From an uncultured Bacteroidota bacterium (GTDB lineage Bacteria > Bacteroidota > Bacteroidia > NS11-12g > UBA9320): a stretch of 64,000 nucleotides of DNA. Position numbers and translations under genes: made by a program. Position 1 is the stretch's first letter; each line of letters begins with the position of its first letter. The notes under the pieces are model-generated. The model ran no database searches. It worked only from the letters and a program-made list of their open reading frames with translations, and was not told the origin of the DNA. The stretch is from the NCBI GenBank assembly GCA_937124965.1, contig CAKZLB010000016.1:24712-88711 (forward strand). Reading direction: 5' to 3'. This document shows positions 51,671-61,918 of the stretch, one piece after another.

Positions 51671-52744
51671 ATGTATTATCCAGATGTACATACCCTGAGC
51701 AAAGCGTTAGATGAAATAGATAACGGATTAGTTTTGCTATTGGCAGGGGAAAAGGATTTTGACTTTGAAGTGTTAAAACCTATAATAGCGAGTAAGTCCT
51801 TCGACATTGTAGGGGCGTTTTTCCCAGGTGTAATTTATAATTCTAAAGTATATGATTCTGGATTTGTACTCATTCACTCTTCTGCCTTTAATAATGCGAT
51901 CCTAATGGAATCCGATGTGAAAAATGGATTTAACACATTACCAAAAACGGACTATCGTTCAGCCATAGTTATAACTCAAGGTGTTGATTCAACAGTCCAA
52001 AACTTTTTTGCACAACTTTCTTCGGAAATAGAGTTAGGAGTGCCATTAATCGGCTTTGGTGCTGGTTCAAGCGATTTGTCAAAGGCCCCCTGTATTTTTT
52101 CAAAGGATGGTATTTTTTCTCACAAGGTGGTTTTCATTTCAATGTCGTCTAATTTAACTTTTGGGTTGGGGCATGGCTTTAAGAGAATTCTCGGGCCTTA
52201 CATCGCAACTAGGGTTAATTCCAATGTCATCAAAGAGTTGAACTGGGAAAACGCTTCAAAAATTTATGTCAACAGTGCTATTGAGGAATTAGGTGAATCA
52301 CAAATTGATTTAAAGAAAGATTTTGCATCACATCCATTGGGGGTTTCACGACATGAAAAGGAGGATATTGTTAGGGATATCTTGAGTTTTGGGCCTAAAG
52401 GAGAACTAATGTGTCTAAATCAAGTTCCTGAAAATGCAGCTCTTTATGTTCTTGGGGCAATTGGTAAAGATATGCTTTTGCGTACTGCGGATATTGTAAA
52501 TGATTTGAATGAACAGTGTACGACAAAAAGTATTTGTTTAGAAATCATAGTCCAATGTATTTCTCGTAGATCAATACTAAAAGAAGATGTACAAATGGAG
52601 GTTGATTTGGCAACTACTCTGTGTTCTAACGAAACTCAAAGCATTTCTAATGGAGTTGTGTCAATTGGTGAAATAACTTACTCAGGGTATGGCCAAATCG
52701 AAATACATAACAAAACAATTGTAGTGGGGAAGTTTTATGAATAG
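51671..52744 (+). CDS. Hypothetical signalling-associated protein, possibly a FIST-domain protein.
   Basis: 357 aa. It overlaps the downstream histidine kinase gene start by 8 nt. The FIST call is low-confidence. Confidence 0.45.
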   Translation: MYYPDVHTLSKALDEIDNGLVLLLAGEKDFDFEVLKPIIASKSFDIVGAFFPGVIYNSKVYDSGFVLIHSSAFNNAILMESDVKNGFNTLPKTDYRSAIVITQGVDSTVQNFFAQLSSEIELGVPLIGFGAGSSDLSKAPCIFSKDGIFSHKVVFISMSSNLTFGLGHGFKRILGPYIATRVNSNVIKELNWENASKIYVNSAIEELGESQIDLKKDFASHPLGVSRHEKEDIVRDILSFGPKGELMCLNQVPENAALYVLGAIGKDMLLRTADIVNDLNEQCTTKSICLEIIVQCISRRSILKEDVQMEVDLATTLCSNETQSISNGVVSIGEITYSGYGQIEIHNKTIVVGKFYE

Positions 52745-55076
52745 CAAAAGAGCAAAATTAATTGGAACATTAAGCAACTTGTACGAGCTTTCATTGTCAA
52801 TTGGAAGGAGTTTGAATCTAAACGAAAATTGTCAGTCGTTCTTCCAAAAGCTAACGCAACGTGTTAGTATTGATTTTATTACAATTCTGGAGATAAAAGG
52901 TCGAAATTTCAATCAACTATTTTCACTTCCGCGAAGTTTTATCAACTGCGATAACTGCGTGGATAATATCCACATACAACGATGTAACGAGATTGTTGAG
53001 ATTGATAAGCTGGAGGGGGCTATTTTAGAGAAAGGAAATCATTGGAATTACTTTTATTTCAGGAAAGGTCGATTCATCATATTTTTTATAAAGAATAAGA
53101 GTAGTGCGTTCGAGACTAAATTGTTTAGTAATCAGTTAAGCCCATTGTTCGATTTATTCTGTACTTCTGTAGAAGCTTGTCTATCACATAGTTTGCTTTT
53201 GAATGAGGTAATAAGGAGGCATGATTTAGAGGAAAGGCTTTATAATCGTGAGTCCATGCTTAAATCAGTAGTTAAAAGTCTCAATGATGGAATATTAGTG
53301 ACAGATGGCGATGAAAACGTAATATATTTTAATGAGAGGTTTATAGACATTACTGAATTGTCAAAGCAGGAATTGCACAGAAAAAAAGCAATACCATTAC
53401 TAAATGAATTGATAACTTCAGAAGATTTGTCCATGAATGCAGAAATGACTCTTACGAGATCTATACTGAGGGTAAAAACAGAAGGGGAAAAAATAGTGGA
53501 CATGAAAAAAACGACATTTCGCAATATTGCAAATAAAGTTTCTGGATCTATTTTTAGCTTAACAGATGTTACAGAAAATGTTAAGTTGTTTTCTAAGATA
53601 CAGAAGCAACGCCTCGAATTACAAGATTTGGTTGAGAATATGTACGATGCTGTTTTTATTGTATCTACTGATGGAACTTTGACTAAAGCAAACAAATCTG
53701 GAATAAAACTGATTGAAATAAAACCAGATGAACTTGGGTTAATTAATCTAACAGATTTAATAGTTTCCGAAGACAAAGAAAGGTTTTTTAATTCTTATTT
53801 TAAGAGGTTAAGAACTGAAGGTTTTTATTCACAGTATGAAGGTAGGATAATAACTCGACAAGGTAATTTAAAGCATGTTGAAGTTAACTCAACGGCAATT
53901 TTTAAAAATGGAATTCTTGTTGGGTCAAGAGATATTGTTCGTGAAGTAACTCAAAGGAAAATGGTCGAAATTGAACGAAAATATGAAAAAGAGAAATTAA
54001 GTAAAATTATTGATGGGGCATTAGATGCTGTAGTTTCAATAGATGCACAGGGACGGATTGTTGACTGGAATAATCAGGCGGTGAAAATATTTGGATACAA
54101 AAAAAAGGAGGTTAAGCATAAACCATTAATCAACACGATAATACCAAATAGTTACAAAAAGGCTCATTTGGCAGGTATGGAAAACTTTTTTAAAACTGGA
54201 ACCAGTTCTGTTTTGAACAAACGAGTTGAAATCGATGCACAAAATAAATGGGGTACGGTTTTTCCAATAGAGTTGACAATTATTCCAATAGAGACAGAGA
54301 TAGGCCTACTTTTTAGTTCGTTCATCAGAGACATAAGTGATCGAAAGAGACTTGAAAAAGAACAAATAAAACTAATTAACGAGGCAGAACAATTGAATCA
54401 AGAACTAAGAGATTTTGCTTATCTGGTCTCACATGATTTGAAGGCCCCTTTGAGAGGAATTGGGTCTATAGTAGACTGGATTACAGATGATTATGAAGAA
54501 TTATATGATGAAAAAGGAAAGGAATTATTGCAGTTACTTAAAGACCGGCTAAAACGAATGTATAATTTAATTGATGATATTTTAAATTATTCTCGAATTG
54601 GAAGACTAGAATCAAGTAATGAGATAATTAAACCATATGAAGTTATAACTGACGTTATTGAGACTTTAGAAATTCCCCCCAATTGCCAAATTAATATACA
54701 GCCTAACATGCCTAGAGTGTTTTATGACTATACACGACTGTATCAGGTGTTTCAAAATCTTATTAGTAATGCACTTAAGTTTAATGATAAAGATCGGGCT
54801 ATAATAGATATTCACTGTTTTGAGGTGGATGAGTTTATTCGTTTTGAAGTTAAAGATAATGGAATTGGAATTGCCCCAAAGTATCATGACAAAGTGTTTC
54901 AAATTTTTCAAACATTAGGTGAGCGAAATAGAGAGGACGATACTGGAATTGGTCTTAGTATTGTCAAAAGAATAATCGAATTGGGTGGAGGAACAGTAAC
55001 TTTGACATCAAAGTTAGGTACAGGGTGTACCTTTGCATTTACAATAAAAAAAAATGAATCAAATATTATTAATTGA
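52737..55076 (+). CDS. Multi-PAS sensor histidine kinase.
   Basis: H-box FAYLVSHDLKAPLRGI and HATPase_c motifs (NALKF, DNGIGI, GTGIGL) are present. Several PAS-like blocks precede them. Confidence 0.85.
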   Translation: MNSKRAKLIGTLSNLYELSLSIGRSLNLNENCQSFFQKLTQRVSIDFITILEIKGRNFNQLFSLPRSFINCDNCVDNIHIQRCNEIVEIDKLEGAILEKGNHWNYFYFRKGRFIIFFIKNKSSAFETKLFSNQLSPLFDLFCTSVEACLSHSLLLNEVIRRHDLEERLYNRESMLKSVVKSLNDGILVTDGDENVIYFNERFIDITELSKQELHRKKAIPLLNELITSEDLSMNAEMTLTRSILRVKTEGEKIVDMKKTTFRNIANKVSGSIFSLTDVTENVKLFSKIQKQRLELQDLVENMYDAVFIVSTDGTLTKANKSGIKLIEIKPDELGLINLTDLIVSEDKERFFNSYFKRLRTEGFYSQYEGRIITRQGNLKHVEVNSTAIFKNGILVGSRDIVREVTQRKMVEIERKYEKEKLSKIIDGALDAVVSIDAQGRIVDWNNQAVKIFGYKKKEVKHKPLINTIIPNSYKKAHLAGMENFFKTGTSSVLNKRVEIDAQNKWGTVFPIELTIIPIETEIGLLFSSFIRDISDRKRLEKEQIKLINEAEQLNQELRDFAYLVSHDLKAPLRGIGSIVDWITDDYEELYDEKGKELLQLLKDRLKRMYNLIDDILNYSRIGRLESSNEIIKPYEVITDVIETLEIPPNCQINIQPNMPRVFYDYTRLYQVFQNLISNALKFNDKDRAIIDIHCFEVDEFIRFEVKDNGIGIAPKYHDKVFQIFQTLGERNREDDTGIGLSIVKRIIELGGGTVTLTSKLGTGCTFAFTIKKNESNIIN

Positions 55077-55458
55077 CGATGAGGAAGTTGATTTAATGAC
55101 TTTTAAACGTGCTCACGAAACTTTAAATATTGCGGGTGAAGTTTCAATTGCACACAATGGTGAAGAGGCTCTGATGATGATGGAGAGTTTTGGATTACAG
55201 CCAGAGTTGATTTTCCTGGATATTAATATGCCAAGAATGAATGGGATAGAGTTTATTCAGATATTAAAATCCTATGAGGCCTATCGTGAAATTCCAATTG
55301 TAATACTAACTACCTCAAATCATCAAAGTGATAAGGAAGTTATGCATAGACATGGAATATATGGATACTTTGTTAAACCTTATGCTTTTAAGGATTATTT
55401 ATACATGTTAGACATTGTCTTAAAATATTGGAGTTTGTCTAAAAGGGCATATTCATGA
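55054..55458 (+). CDS. Single-domain response regulator (receiver only).
   Basis: LLIDDEEVD...FLDINMPRMNG...K. Confidence 0.8.
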   Translation: MNQILLIDDEEVDLMTFKRAHETLNIAGEVSIAHNGEEALMMMESFGLQPELIFLDINMPRMNGIEFIQILKSYEAYREIPIVILTTSNHQSDKEVMHRHGIYGYFVKPYAFKDYLYMLDIVLKYWSLSKRAYS

Positions 55459-56078
55459 TAAATGTTCTGTACCTAGAAGATGATAAGATAGATCAAATGA
55501 TCATGCAACGATTTGTTGAATCTCTAAAAGACGTTTCTTTAGAAATTATTACAACACTTCAGAGTACAAGTAAGCTAGATTTAAATAATTATAATCTAAT
55601 AATTTCTGATGCAAATCTGTCAGATGCCAATCCACAGGACATAATTAAATTTTTTCAAGGCATAAATTCCTTTTTTTTAATTAGTGGAGCAAAAATTAAA
55701 AATGTTATTCATATACTCAAGCCGTTGCATTTATCTAGCTTTAAGGTAATGTTGAAGTCCTGTGGGATTAATTTAGACATTAGAATTTCAGGTAGTTTAG
55801 ATGATGATGAGCATCGGAGAGAAATACTAAATTTGGCGATTACCGTACTTCCCAAAAGGATTGACGCAATTATCAATTCTTGGCCATCACAAGTTTTTAT
55901 AGCTCAAAATGTTCACAAGGCAATAAGTTCATTCAGGGTTCTAGGATTGGATACAACCATTTTAGACAGAATTTTGGTGGTTGGTTGCGATCACGATCAG
56001 TTTTTTAAATTGTGTCAGGAATTGAGTGTTTTTGCGACAGTCGCTAATCAAAAAATTATTCGATCCTTAGATCAGTAG
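55455..56078 (+). CDS. Receiver-HPt phosphorelay protein.
   Basis: N-terminal receiver-like VLYLEDDKID...IISDANL. The C-terminal HPt-like region is NVHKAISSFRVLGLDT. ATGA overlap with the upstream gene. Confidence 0.55.
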   Translation: MINVLYLEDDKIDQMIMQRFVESLKDVSLEIITTLQSTSKLDLNNYNLIISDANLSDANPQDIIKFFQGINSFFLISGAKIKNVIHILKPLHLSSFKVMLKSCGINLDIRISGSLDDDEHRREILNLAITVLPKRIDAIINSWPSQVFIAQNVHKAISSFRVLGLDTTILDRILVVGCDHDQFFKLCQELSVFATVANQKIIRSLDQ

Positions 56079-56157
56079 ACCCTTAGATATGTTCACTTCA
56101 CTGTTAGCTAAAGTTGTGAACGAACCTACTGAAACCTTTATTTCACTAATGTATAAA

Positions 56158-56934
56158 TCAAGTGGTGCCTGTTCTAATTTTACTTAGTAATACTTTTTCA
56201 AGAATTAAATCCCATAAGTCGATACGAGCCTCTAATGATCTAATTGCAATTGTATATGCTTCTTTCCATTTGGTAGCATTGTTTCCACACAATTCTTCTA
56301 AAAGATTTAAAGCCATTTGTGAATGTTGGTCACCATCCAACTCTATGTGCCGATTTAAATAATATAAAAATGGTCCAACAGTTTTATTTGAAGATGATAT
56401 ATTAGAAACGATATTTGTGAACAGGTCAGGAATTAAGTTCTCTCTTCCAAAATAAAGAGAACTTGCCAATTTATGAGGTTTCCCCTCTTGCACCAATTTA
56501 AATGTAAATGAAATAAAGTTCGAAAGGCGATGGTTTTTGAAAAGGGTATTAATTGTTTTAAAAATATCGTCACTTGAGCATAATAGATTGATATTGGAAA
56601 TAGCTTTTATCGGTGATAACTTAATGGCTTTCATCGCTTCAATGTAAATGTCAAGGTGACTTGCAGGAAGGCCTTTCATGTTTAGGTCACTTTCTTCACT
56701 CAAAACTATGGCGTTTATTGCCTGGCATGCTTTGGGCATTTTTGACCGTTGCCATGGAATTATTGGAGGCGAGACAATTGTTTGAAGGGATTTGACAATC
56801 GACATATAGTCCCACACAGCGTAAACATGTAAACTCATGAAAGTTTTGATGTCTTCCACACTATCAAGAACTTCGTAAAGCTTGTGTTTTCTTAGACGCT
56901 CTTGTAATGCAGCAATTTTGTCTTGTTCACTCAT
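56158..56934 (-). CDS. Hypothetical protein, possibly with a DUF3050/heme-oxygenase-like fold. The likely start is MSEQDKIAAL.
   Basis: ORF. The family call is only a weak recollection. Confidence 0.5.
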   Translation of the reverse strand: MSEQDKIAALQERLRKHKLYEVLDSVEDIKTFMSLHVYAVWDYMSIVKSLQTIVSPPIIPWQRSKMPKACQAINAIVLSEESDLNMKGLPASHLDIYIEAMKAIKLSPIKAISNINLLCSSDDIFKTINTLFKNHRLSNFISFTFKLVQEGKPHKLASSLYFGRENLIPDLFTNIVSNISSSNKTVGPFLYYLNRHIELDGDQHSQMALNLLEELCGNNATKWKEAYTIAIRSLEARIDLWDLILEKVLLSKIRTGTT

Positions 56935-57301
56935 AAGGTTCGATTTCCGTTTACGATTTTTATTTCTCCGCAAAGGAGCTACAAATTCGCGCAAACTAAT
57001 TTTAGAATCGTTGGTTGGGCGTTGAATCGAGTTGAATTAAAGTTAACATTAGGCAAATTGTACAATTGTAAACAGCGTGTATGTTGCCTTTATTTCTTTT
57101 TTTCTCGTTTCAGTAAAAGAAAATCTCTCGCTCAGGTGTTTTTGGTTTGTAAATCCAGGACAGGCTAAAGCTGATTCTGATAACTGCTGTGAAAAGATTT
57201 GCAAAAGCGTCTTGTCGTTGAAAGGTGCCCAGTTGACTTTTTTTTGACACTAGTCGCAGAATAAAACATGAGATAGTTTCAGCAGATTGCACCTTTGAAC
57301 C

Positions 57302-57799
57302 ATGACAATTATTCCGAAAGTTATAGCTCTAGATTTTGACGGAACTTGCGTAGGTCACCGATTCCCCTCAATTGGGCCTGACGTGGGAGCTGTCCCCGTG
57401 CTCCTCGAGTTGGTCGAGTTTGGGCATAAGCTGATTTTGTCCTCCATTAGATCTCACGACCTTTCACCCAAAACCCGATTTAAACATGGGAGCGCTCTCC
57501 AAGATGCTGTACATTGGTTTTCTTCAAAAGGCATTTCCTTGTATGGTGTCTATCTAGATCCGTATCAACACACATGGACTAGCAGTCCAAAAGTTCATGC
57601 GGATTTAATAATTGATGACAGGGCACTGGGGTGTCCAACTATTTTTGACCCGAACATTTCACACAGAAGATATGTAAATTGGATAGAGGTGCGAAAACTA
57701 CTTGTTAAGAATGAATTTTTACCTGCTGAGAACGAAGATGTGACAAGTTTAACTCACCACTCAAATTCTTCATATCTAAATGAGTTGAATATCGTCTAA
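57302..57799 (+). CDS. HAD-superfamily-like small hydrolase (DxDxT motif), GC-richer than its surroundings.
   Basis: N-terminal VIALDFDGTCV. GC is visibly higher (about 45%) than the neighbouring DNA. Confidence 0.5.
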   Translation: MTIIPKVIALDFDGTCVGHRFPSIGPDVGAVPVLLELVEFGHKLILSSIRSHDLSPKTRFKHGSALQDAVHWFSSKGISLYGVYLDPYQHTWTSSPKVHADLIIDDRALGCPTIFDPNISHRRYVNWIEVRKLLVKNEFLPAENEDVTSLTHHSNSSYLNELNIV

Positions 57800-58130
57800 A
57801 TTTTAATTTGGTAAGTAGTTATTGTCCTAAAATCAGTGTCATTTTTACTGTCACATTTTGGCACCATCTTCATTGTTAATGTCATTTTTAGATGAATGTT
57901 GCCTTTTGGTTTATTAAAGTCCTAACCTCTAATACTTTAACCTAATCAACGTTTTACACCCTTTATTTTAATTAAAAGCTACATAATTAAACCAATGTTG
58001 TGTATGGGGGTCAAACCTTTATTGACTATTCCAACAGAAAAAGTATCACATGAAAGTCTATAATAAACAGTCATTGGAGATAGTGGGTCTACTCAGCAAA
58101 AGACAGCATAAATGAAACGCATTGTAAACA

Positions 58131-58640
58131 AAAAAATATTAAATGCTTCTCGGCTTTAATACACCCAGGAACAAAGTTAGGCTTTAGAATATTTTGGTCA
58201 AACTTAAAGCACTGGTCGTCTTGTATAAGGCTAATTGTTAGTGTTTCTGTCTAGCCATCGATCAATGGTCAAAGCCCTATAAACGATGCGAAGCGCGGGC
58301 GGGCAAAAATAATCGGTGATGTATCTGCCTGGTCGTCAGACTGGCGCTGGAGGGTTTTGGTGGCCAAGGTGAGGAGGAGGGATTGAGCGAACCAAAACGA
58401 AGGGCATTATTATTTTTAAGTTTTTTCCATCAGAGGACGGACACGTCTTGTTTCGTTCTTTTTTAAAAAATAAGAATGAAAATCAGGTTATAGGGCTGGT
58501 AAGCCCTAATGGAAGATTTAAGGTTTCGGATTGATGGTTAGTAACTTGATCATTTGAGATACTAAATCTGAACGTGGTATAACTTGACGGTGAAGCATTA
58601 AATATTCACTTAATTTGATAAACCGCTTGGTTGAAGAATG
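58131..58640. repeat. Copy A of a roughly 500-bp direct repeat (non-coding, GC-rich core, several hairpins).
   Basis: Near-identical to 59196..59700 apart from a 45-bp indel and scattered mismatches. Both copies share the core ...gatgcgaagcgcggg.ggc.aaaaataatcgg.gatgt.tctgcctggtcgtcagactggcgctggagggttttggtggccaaggtgaggaggagggattgagcgaaccaaaacgaagggc... and the hairpin tagggct-ggta-agcccta. Confidence 0.85.
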
Positions 58641-58649
58641 AGAAGTGTG

Positions 58650-58985
58650 TTATCGAATACTAATTTGTCTAATTTGCCTTGCTAAATTAAATATTTTGCT
58701 AACTAAAGTTTCGGTATCATCTAACATTACAATGTGACACTTACTATTTGCGTCTTTAAATGATCTTACAGTTCTGAAGTCTTGTTTCTTTTCGCTCTCA
58801 TATTTAACAAAAAGAATGTCGGGTTTTAAGTGAATGTCATTGATACAGTCTATCTGATTAGAATATGGTACAATATTTTTGAACCCAAATCGGATTAGTG
58901 AGTCTATGACCCTTTTCCTGTAATACTCATCGCTCGACAGAACAAAAACTTTCATTGCCAAGATTGAATTAATTTCTGTTACCAT
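58650..58985 (-). CDS. Atypical receiver-like (pseudo-receiver) small protein between the repeat copies.
   Basis: MKVFVLSSDEYYRKRVIDSL...PDILFVKYES...CHIVMLDDTETL is a CheY-like topology, but a Lys sits at the expected phospho-acceptor Asp position. Confidence 0.35.
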   Translation of the reverse strand: MVTEINSILAMKVFVLSSDEYYRKRVIDSLIRFGFKNIVPYSNQIDCINDIHLKPDILFVKYESEKKQDFRTVRSFKDANSKCHIVMLDDTETLVSKIFNLARQIRQISIR

Positions 58986-59195
58986 TGAATCAAAATACTT
59001 TTAACATAAAATTAGAAATAACTCTTAATAATACTTTCGTTTGTGTGGTGATGATCCGTCTGACCACTGCGAACTTACTGCAGAAACTCAGGTGAGGGAT
59101 TTGAAATAGTTAATTGGTTCTATAAGCAAGGTAAGACGTTTAAATTTTAGGTTAGGTGGTGTTTTTCTTGTCATTTCTAGGTTGAGTTTAATATT

Positions 59196-59700
59196 TTTTT
59201 AAATGCTTCTCGGCTTTAATACACCCAGGAATAAAGTTAGGCTTTAGAATATCTTGGTCAAACTTAAAGTCCATGTCGTCCTGTATTGGGCTAATCATTC
59301 CACCATTTGTCGGACACGTAGTAGCTGTAAAGACCAAATTATTAGTGTTTCTGTCTAGCCATCGATCAATGGTCGAAGCCATAGTATCTAAAACGATGCG
59401 AAGCGCGGGTGGCCAAAAATAATCGGCGATGTGTCTGCCTGGTCGTCAGACTGGCGCTGGAGGGTTTTGGTGGCCAAGGTGAGGAGGAGGGATTGAGCGA
59501 ACCAAAACGAAGGGCATTATTATTTTTATGTTTTTTCCGTCAGAGGACGGACACGTCTTGTTTCGTTCTTTTTTCAAAAAAAGAATGAAAGCCGGGTTAT
59601 AGGGCTGGTAAGCCCTAATGGAAGATTAAAGGTTTCGGATTGATGATTAGTAGCTTGATCATTTGAGATACTACATCTGAAAGTGGTATAACATTACGGT
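59196..59700. repeat. Copy B of the roughly 500-bp direct repeat. It contains an 86-codon minus-strand ORF that is disrupted in copy A.
   Basis: See copy A. The minus-strand ORF translates ...RHIADYFWPPALRIVLDTMASTIDRWLDRNT.... Confidence 0.85.
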
Positions 59701-59910
59701 GAAGCATTTTTTTTTAACTAGCCCTCTGGTCCTAATTTAGGGTATTACTACAGCAGGCACTGAGGGAAACGATATGAAGGATTTTTAACCATGCATATTT
59801 TAGCGTCCGTTAGTTTTGAGCGATTAAATATTTAAATAAAATTAGTTAAGTAGTTTATATATGTTGTTGAATTATTTGATTTGATTGTTCATCTGACTTA
59901 AAACGCAGTT

Positions 59911-59948
59911 AATCGTGTGTATTTTTAACACACGATGATTTTTTTTTT
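59911..59948 (+). terminator. Strong intrinsic terminator with no obvious upstream ORF.
   Basis: atcgtgtgt-atttttaa-cacacgat is a 9 bp stem followed by T10. Confidence 0.6.
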
Positions 59949-60171
59949 GACTTATTTTGAACCTCATTGTTGATGTAAGGGAGATATGGCCTATAATTCC
60001 AATTTACTCATTAAAAATGTGAGATAGAAGATAAGTTAAGAACTCGAATTTTAAGTAAGGGGAGTCATCATAATCATACCTTATCAAGATTTTCTATAAA
60101 GCTGGGAAGCTTAATAGTTTTTTCATTTCAAGTTCCGCAGTTGGGACAATAATAGTTAGTAGTAGTATCCT

Positions 60172-60195
60172 GGGGCTTCTGATGAAGCCCCTTTT
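60172..60195 (+). terminator. Hairpin terminator candidate.
   Basis: ggggcttc-tgat-gaagcccc is an 8 bp stem followed by tttt. Confidence 0.4.
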
Positions 60196-60685
60196 AAGAT
60201 AATTAAAATCTATTGATGGATAAGGTGAACCTCCAAATGTCTAGCATCAACCCTTATGAGTTATTAAATTCCATCAGCTTATCGTTGTACTTTTTTCTGA
60301 TCTGAGACCAGATGTTTCATTCTTTCTGGGATTTAAGCTTACACCACTAGCAAAGAAAATAGATGGTTGTTTAAATTTTATTCGATGAAGATTATTTAAA
60401 TGTAGTTAAGTAGTTTTATTTGGAACTAAAAACGTGTCAAATGGAAGGTGGTTGACATCATGTGGATGGAGGTTTGTAAAAGGCACTTGTTATTTTTGAA
60501 AATCAATGTAATTTGAAAAGGTATCGATTCATTTAATAGGACAGACGGTCAAATTATTCATACTTGATGAACATGAAGTTATTAGCTTTAGTTTTAACAT
60601 TGTGCTAAAGTATCAGCTGCTGGGTTTATTCAAAATTGTCTTTAAAATGTTAAAACTTTTCTTGTCTTTAAAATGTTATTTGTGA

Positions 60686-61381
60686 ATGCTAAAATGTATA
60701 ATCTTAGAAGACGACGAGTTAGCTGCCGCCTCACTGAAAGCCATTATAAACCGGACTACTATATGTAAATGTTTAGGTGTGTTTGATAATGCATTTACTG
60801 CTATTAAAAATACTGATTTTAACTTGATTGATGTCGTGTTCGTGGATATCAACCTTCCTGATATTAATGGTTTGGATTTCATTAAGGCAGTTCCAGTATC
60901 ACTTAATGTAATAATCACGACCTCAGAAAAAAAATTTGCTTACGATGCATTAAACTTGTCTATAACAGAATTTATATTAAAACCCGTTACCATTGCTTCA
61001 GTTACGAAATCTTTAAACGTAATCTATCATCGCTTGTCAAACTCACGAATACTACAACATAATAAAGCTATTTTTATAAAAGTTGATTCAAGATTTATAA
61101 ACATAAAACTAAATAATATTCTTTTTATTGAAGCATTTGGAGATTATATAAAAATTTATCAAAATGATATTTCAAAAGTGGTCTTAGTCAAAATGACATT
61201 GACTGGAATGTTAAAACAGCTGGATGAAAATACGTTTTGTAAAGTCCATCGTTCATATGTCGTCAACCTTGACTTCATACAAACCATCGATGATTCGTCT
61301 TTGGTGATAAACGGAAAACTAATACCTATTAGCAGAAGCAACAGGCAAACGTTGCTCAACAAACTGAACCTACTTAAGTAA
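60686..61381 (+). CDS. LytTR-family two-component response regulator.
   Basis: Receiver (IILEDDE...VFVDINLPDING) plus a C-terminal LytTR DNA-binding domain (...FCKVHRSYVVNLDFI...). Confidence 0.8.
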   Translation: MLKCIILEDDELAAASLKAIINRTTICKCLGVFDNAFTAIKNTDFNLIDVVFVDINLPDINGLDFIKAVPVSLNVIITTSEKKFAYDALNLSITEFILKPVTIASVTKSLNVIYHRLSNSRILQHNKAIFIKVDSRFINIKLNNILFIEAFGDYIKIYQNDISKVVLVKMTLTGMLKQLDENTFCKVHRSYVVNLDFIQTIDDSSLVINGKLIPISRSNRQTLLNKLNLLK

Positions 61382-61918
61382 CTACTTGCTTTTATAAAGT
61401 CGAAACGTTCGGATAAGTATGAAGATGCTTACAATCGTACTTAAGCCAATTATTCCAAACACAGTATGCTGCAGCATCGTTTCCCAGGAGCCTAGTTTAT
61501 CTTGATGTTCTAGCAGTTCTTTTGGAAGATCCGAAAGGGGAGGATATACTGTCCACCCTCCATCACTTGGAGTGTCAATCATCCGACCTAAGAGTGAAAA
61601 TCCAAAATCAAAGATGGCTTTCCCATAAAAAAGGAACGAGCTAAGTAGAGCTAAACTAGCAACGAACGTAATATTCCACGCAGCGCTTTTTAACTTATTA
61701 ATAATCATCGTCACAAATGAGTAGAGGCAAAACAGAACGGAGAACAACCCTATCCAAACAAACCAAACAGAAACATTGATGTACGTGTCATGAAGTTGGA
61801 TTGTGAAGTTCGACAGTATGTCAAAAGACTTTGTTATCCCATAAGTAGCGTAAAAGCTCAGAGACAGCAACAATCCGACGGTTAACAGGACTCTACCAAC
61901 TGAGTTTTTGGTGCTCAT
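61382..61918 (-). CDS. 4-TM membrane protein. Hypothetical.
   Basis: 178 aa with four hydrophobic helices. Confidence 0.5.
   Translation of the reverse strand: MSTKNSVGRVLLTVGLLLSLSFYATYGITKSFDILSNFTIQLHDTYINVSVWFVWIGLFSVLFCLYSFVTMIINKLKSAAWNITFVASLALLSSFLFYGKAIFDFGFSLLGRMIDTPSDGGWTVYPPLSDLPKELLEHQDKLGSWETMLQHTVFGIIGLSTIVSIFILIRTFRLYKSK

Noticed and set aside
52737-53200. The histidine kinase N-terminal region as a phytochrome/GAF photosensor.
   Set aside because: No Cys-containing chromophore motif and no GAF signature are discernible. Only generic PAS-like blocks, so this was left as a multi-PAS histidine kinase.
58131-59700. The repeated GC-rich element as RNase P RNA, tmRNA, SRP RNA, 6S RNA, a group II intron domain V, or an IS110 bridge RNA/IS605 omega RNA.
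   Set aside because: None of the conserved motifs of those RNAs (for example GGAAAGUCCGG, or the tmRNA tag-ORF and CCA end) are visible. No recombinase, TnpB or RT ORF is adjacent. The identity remains open.
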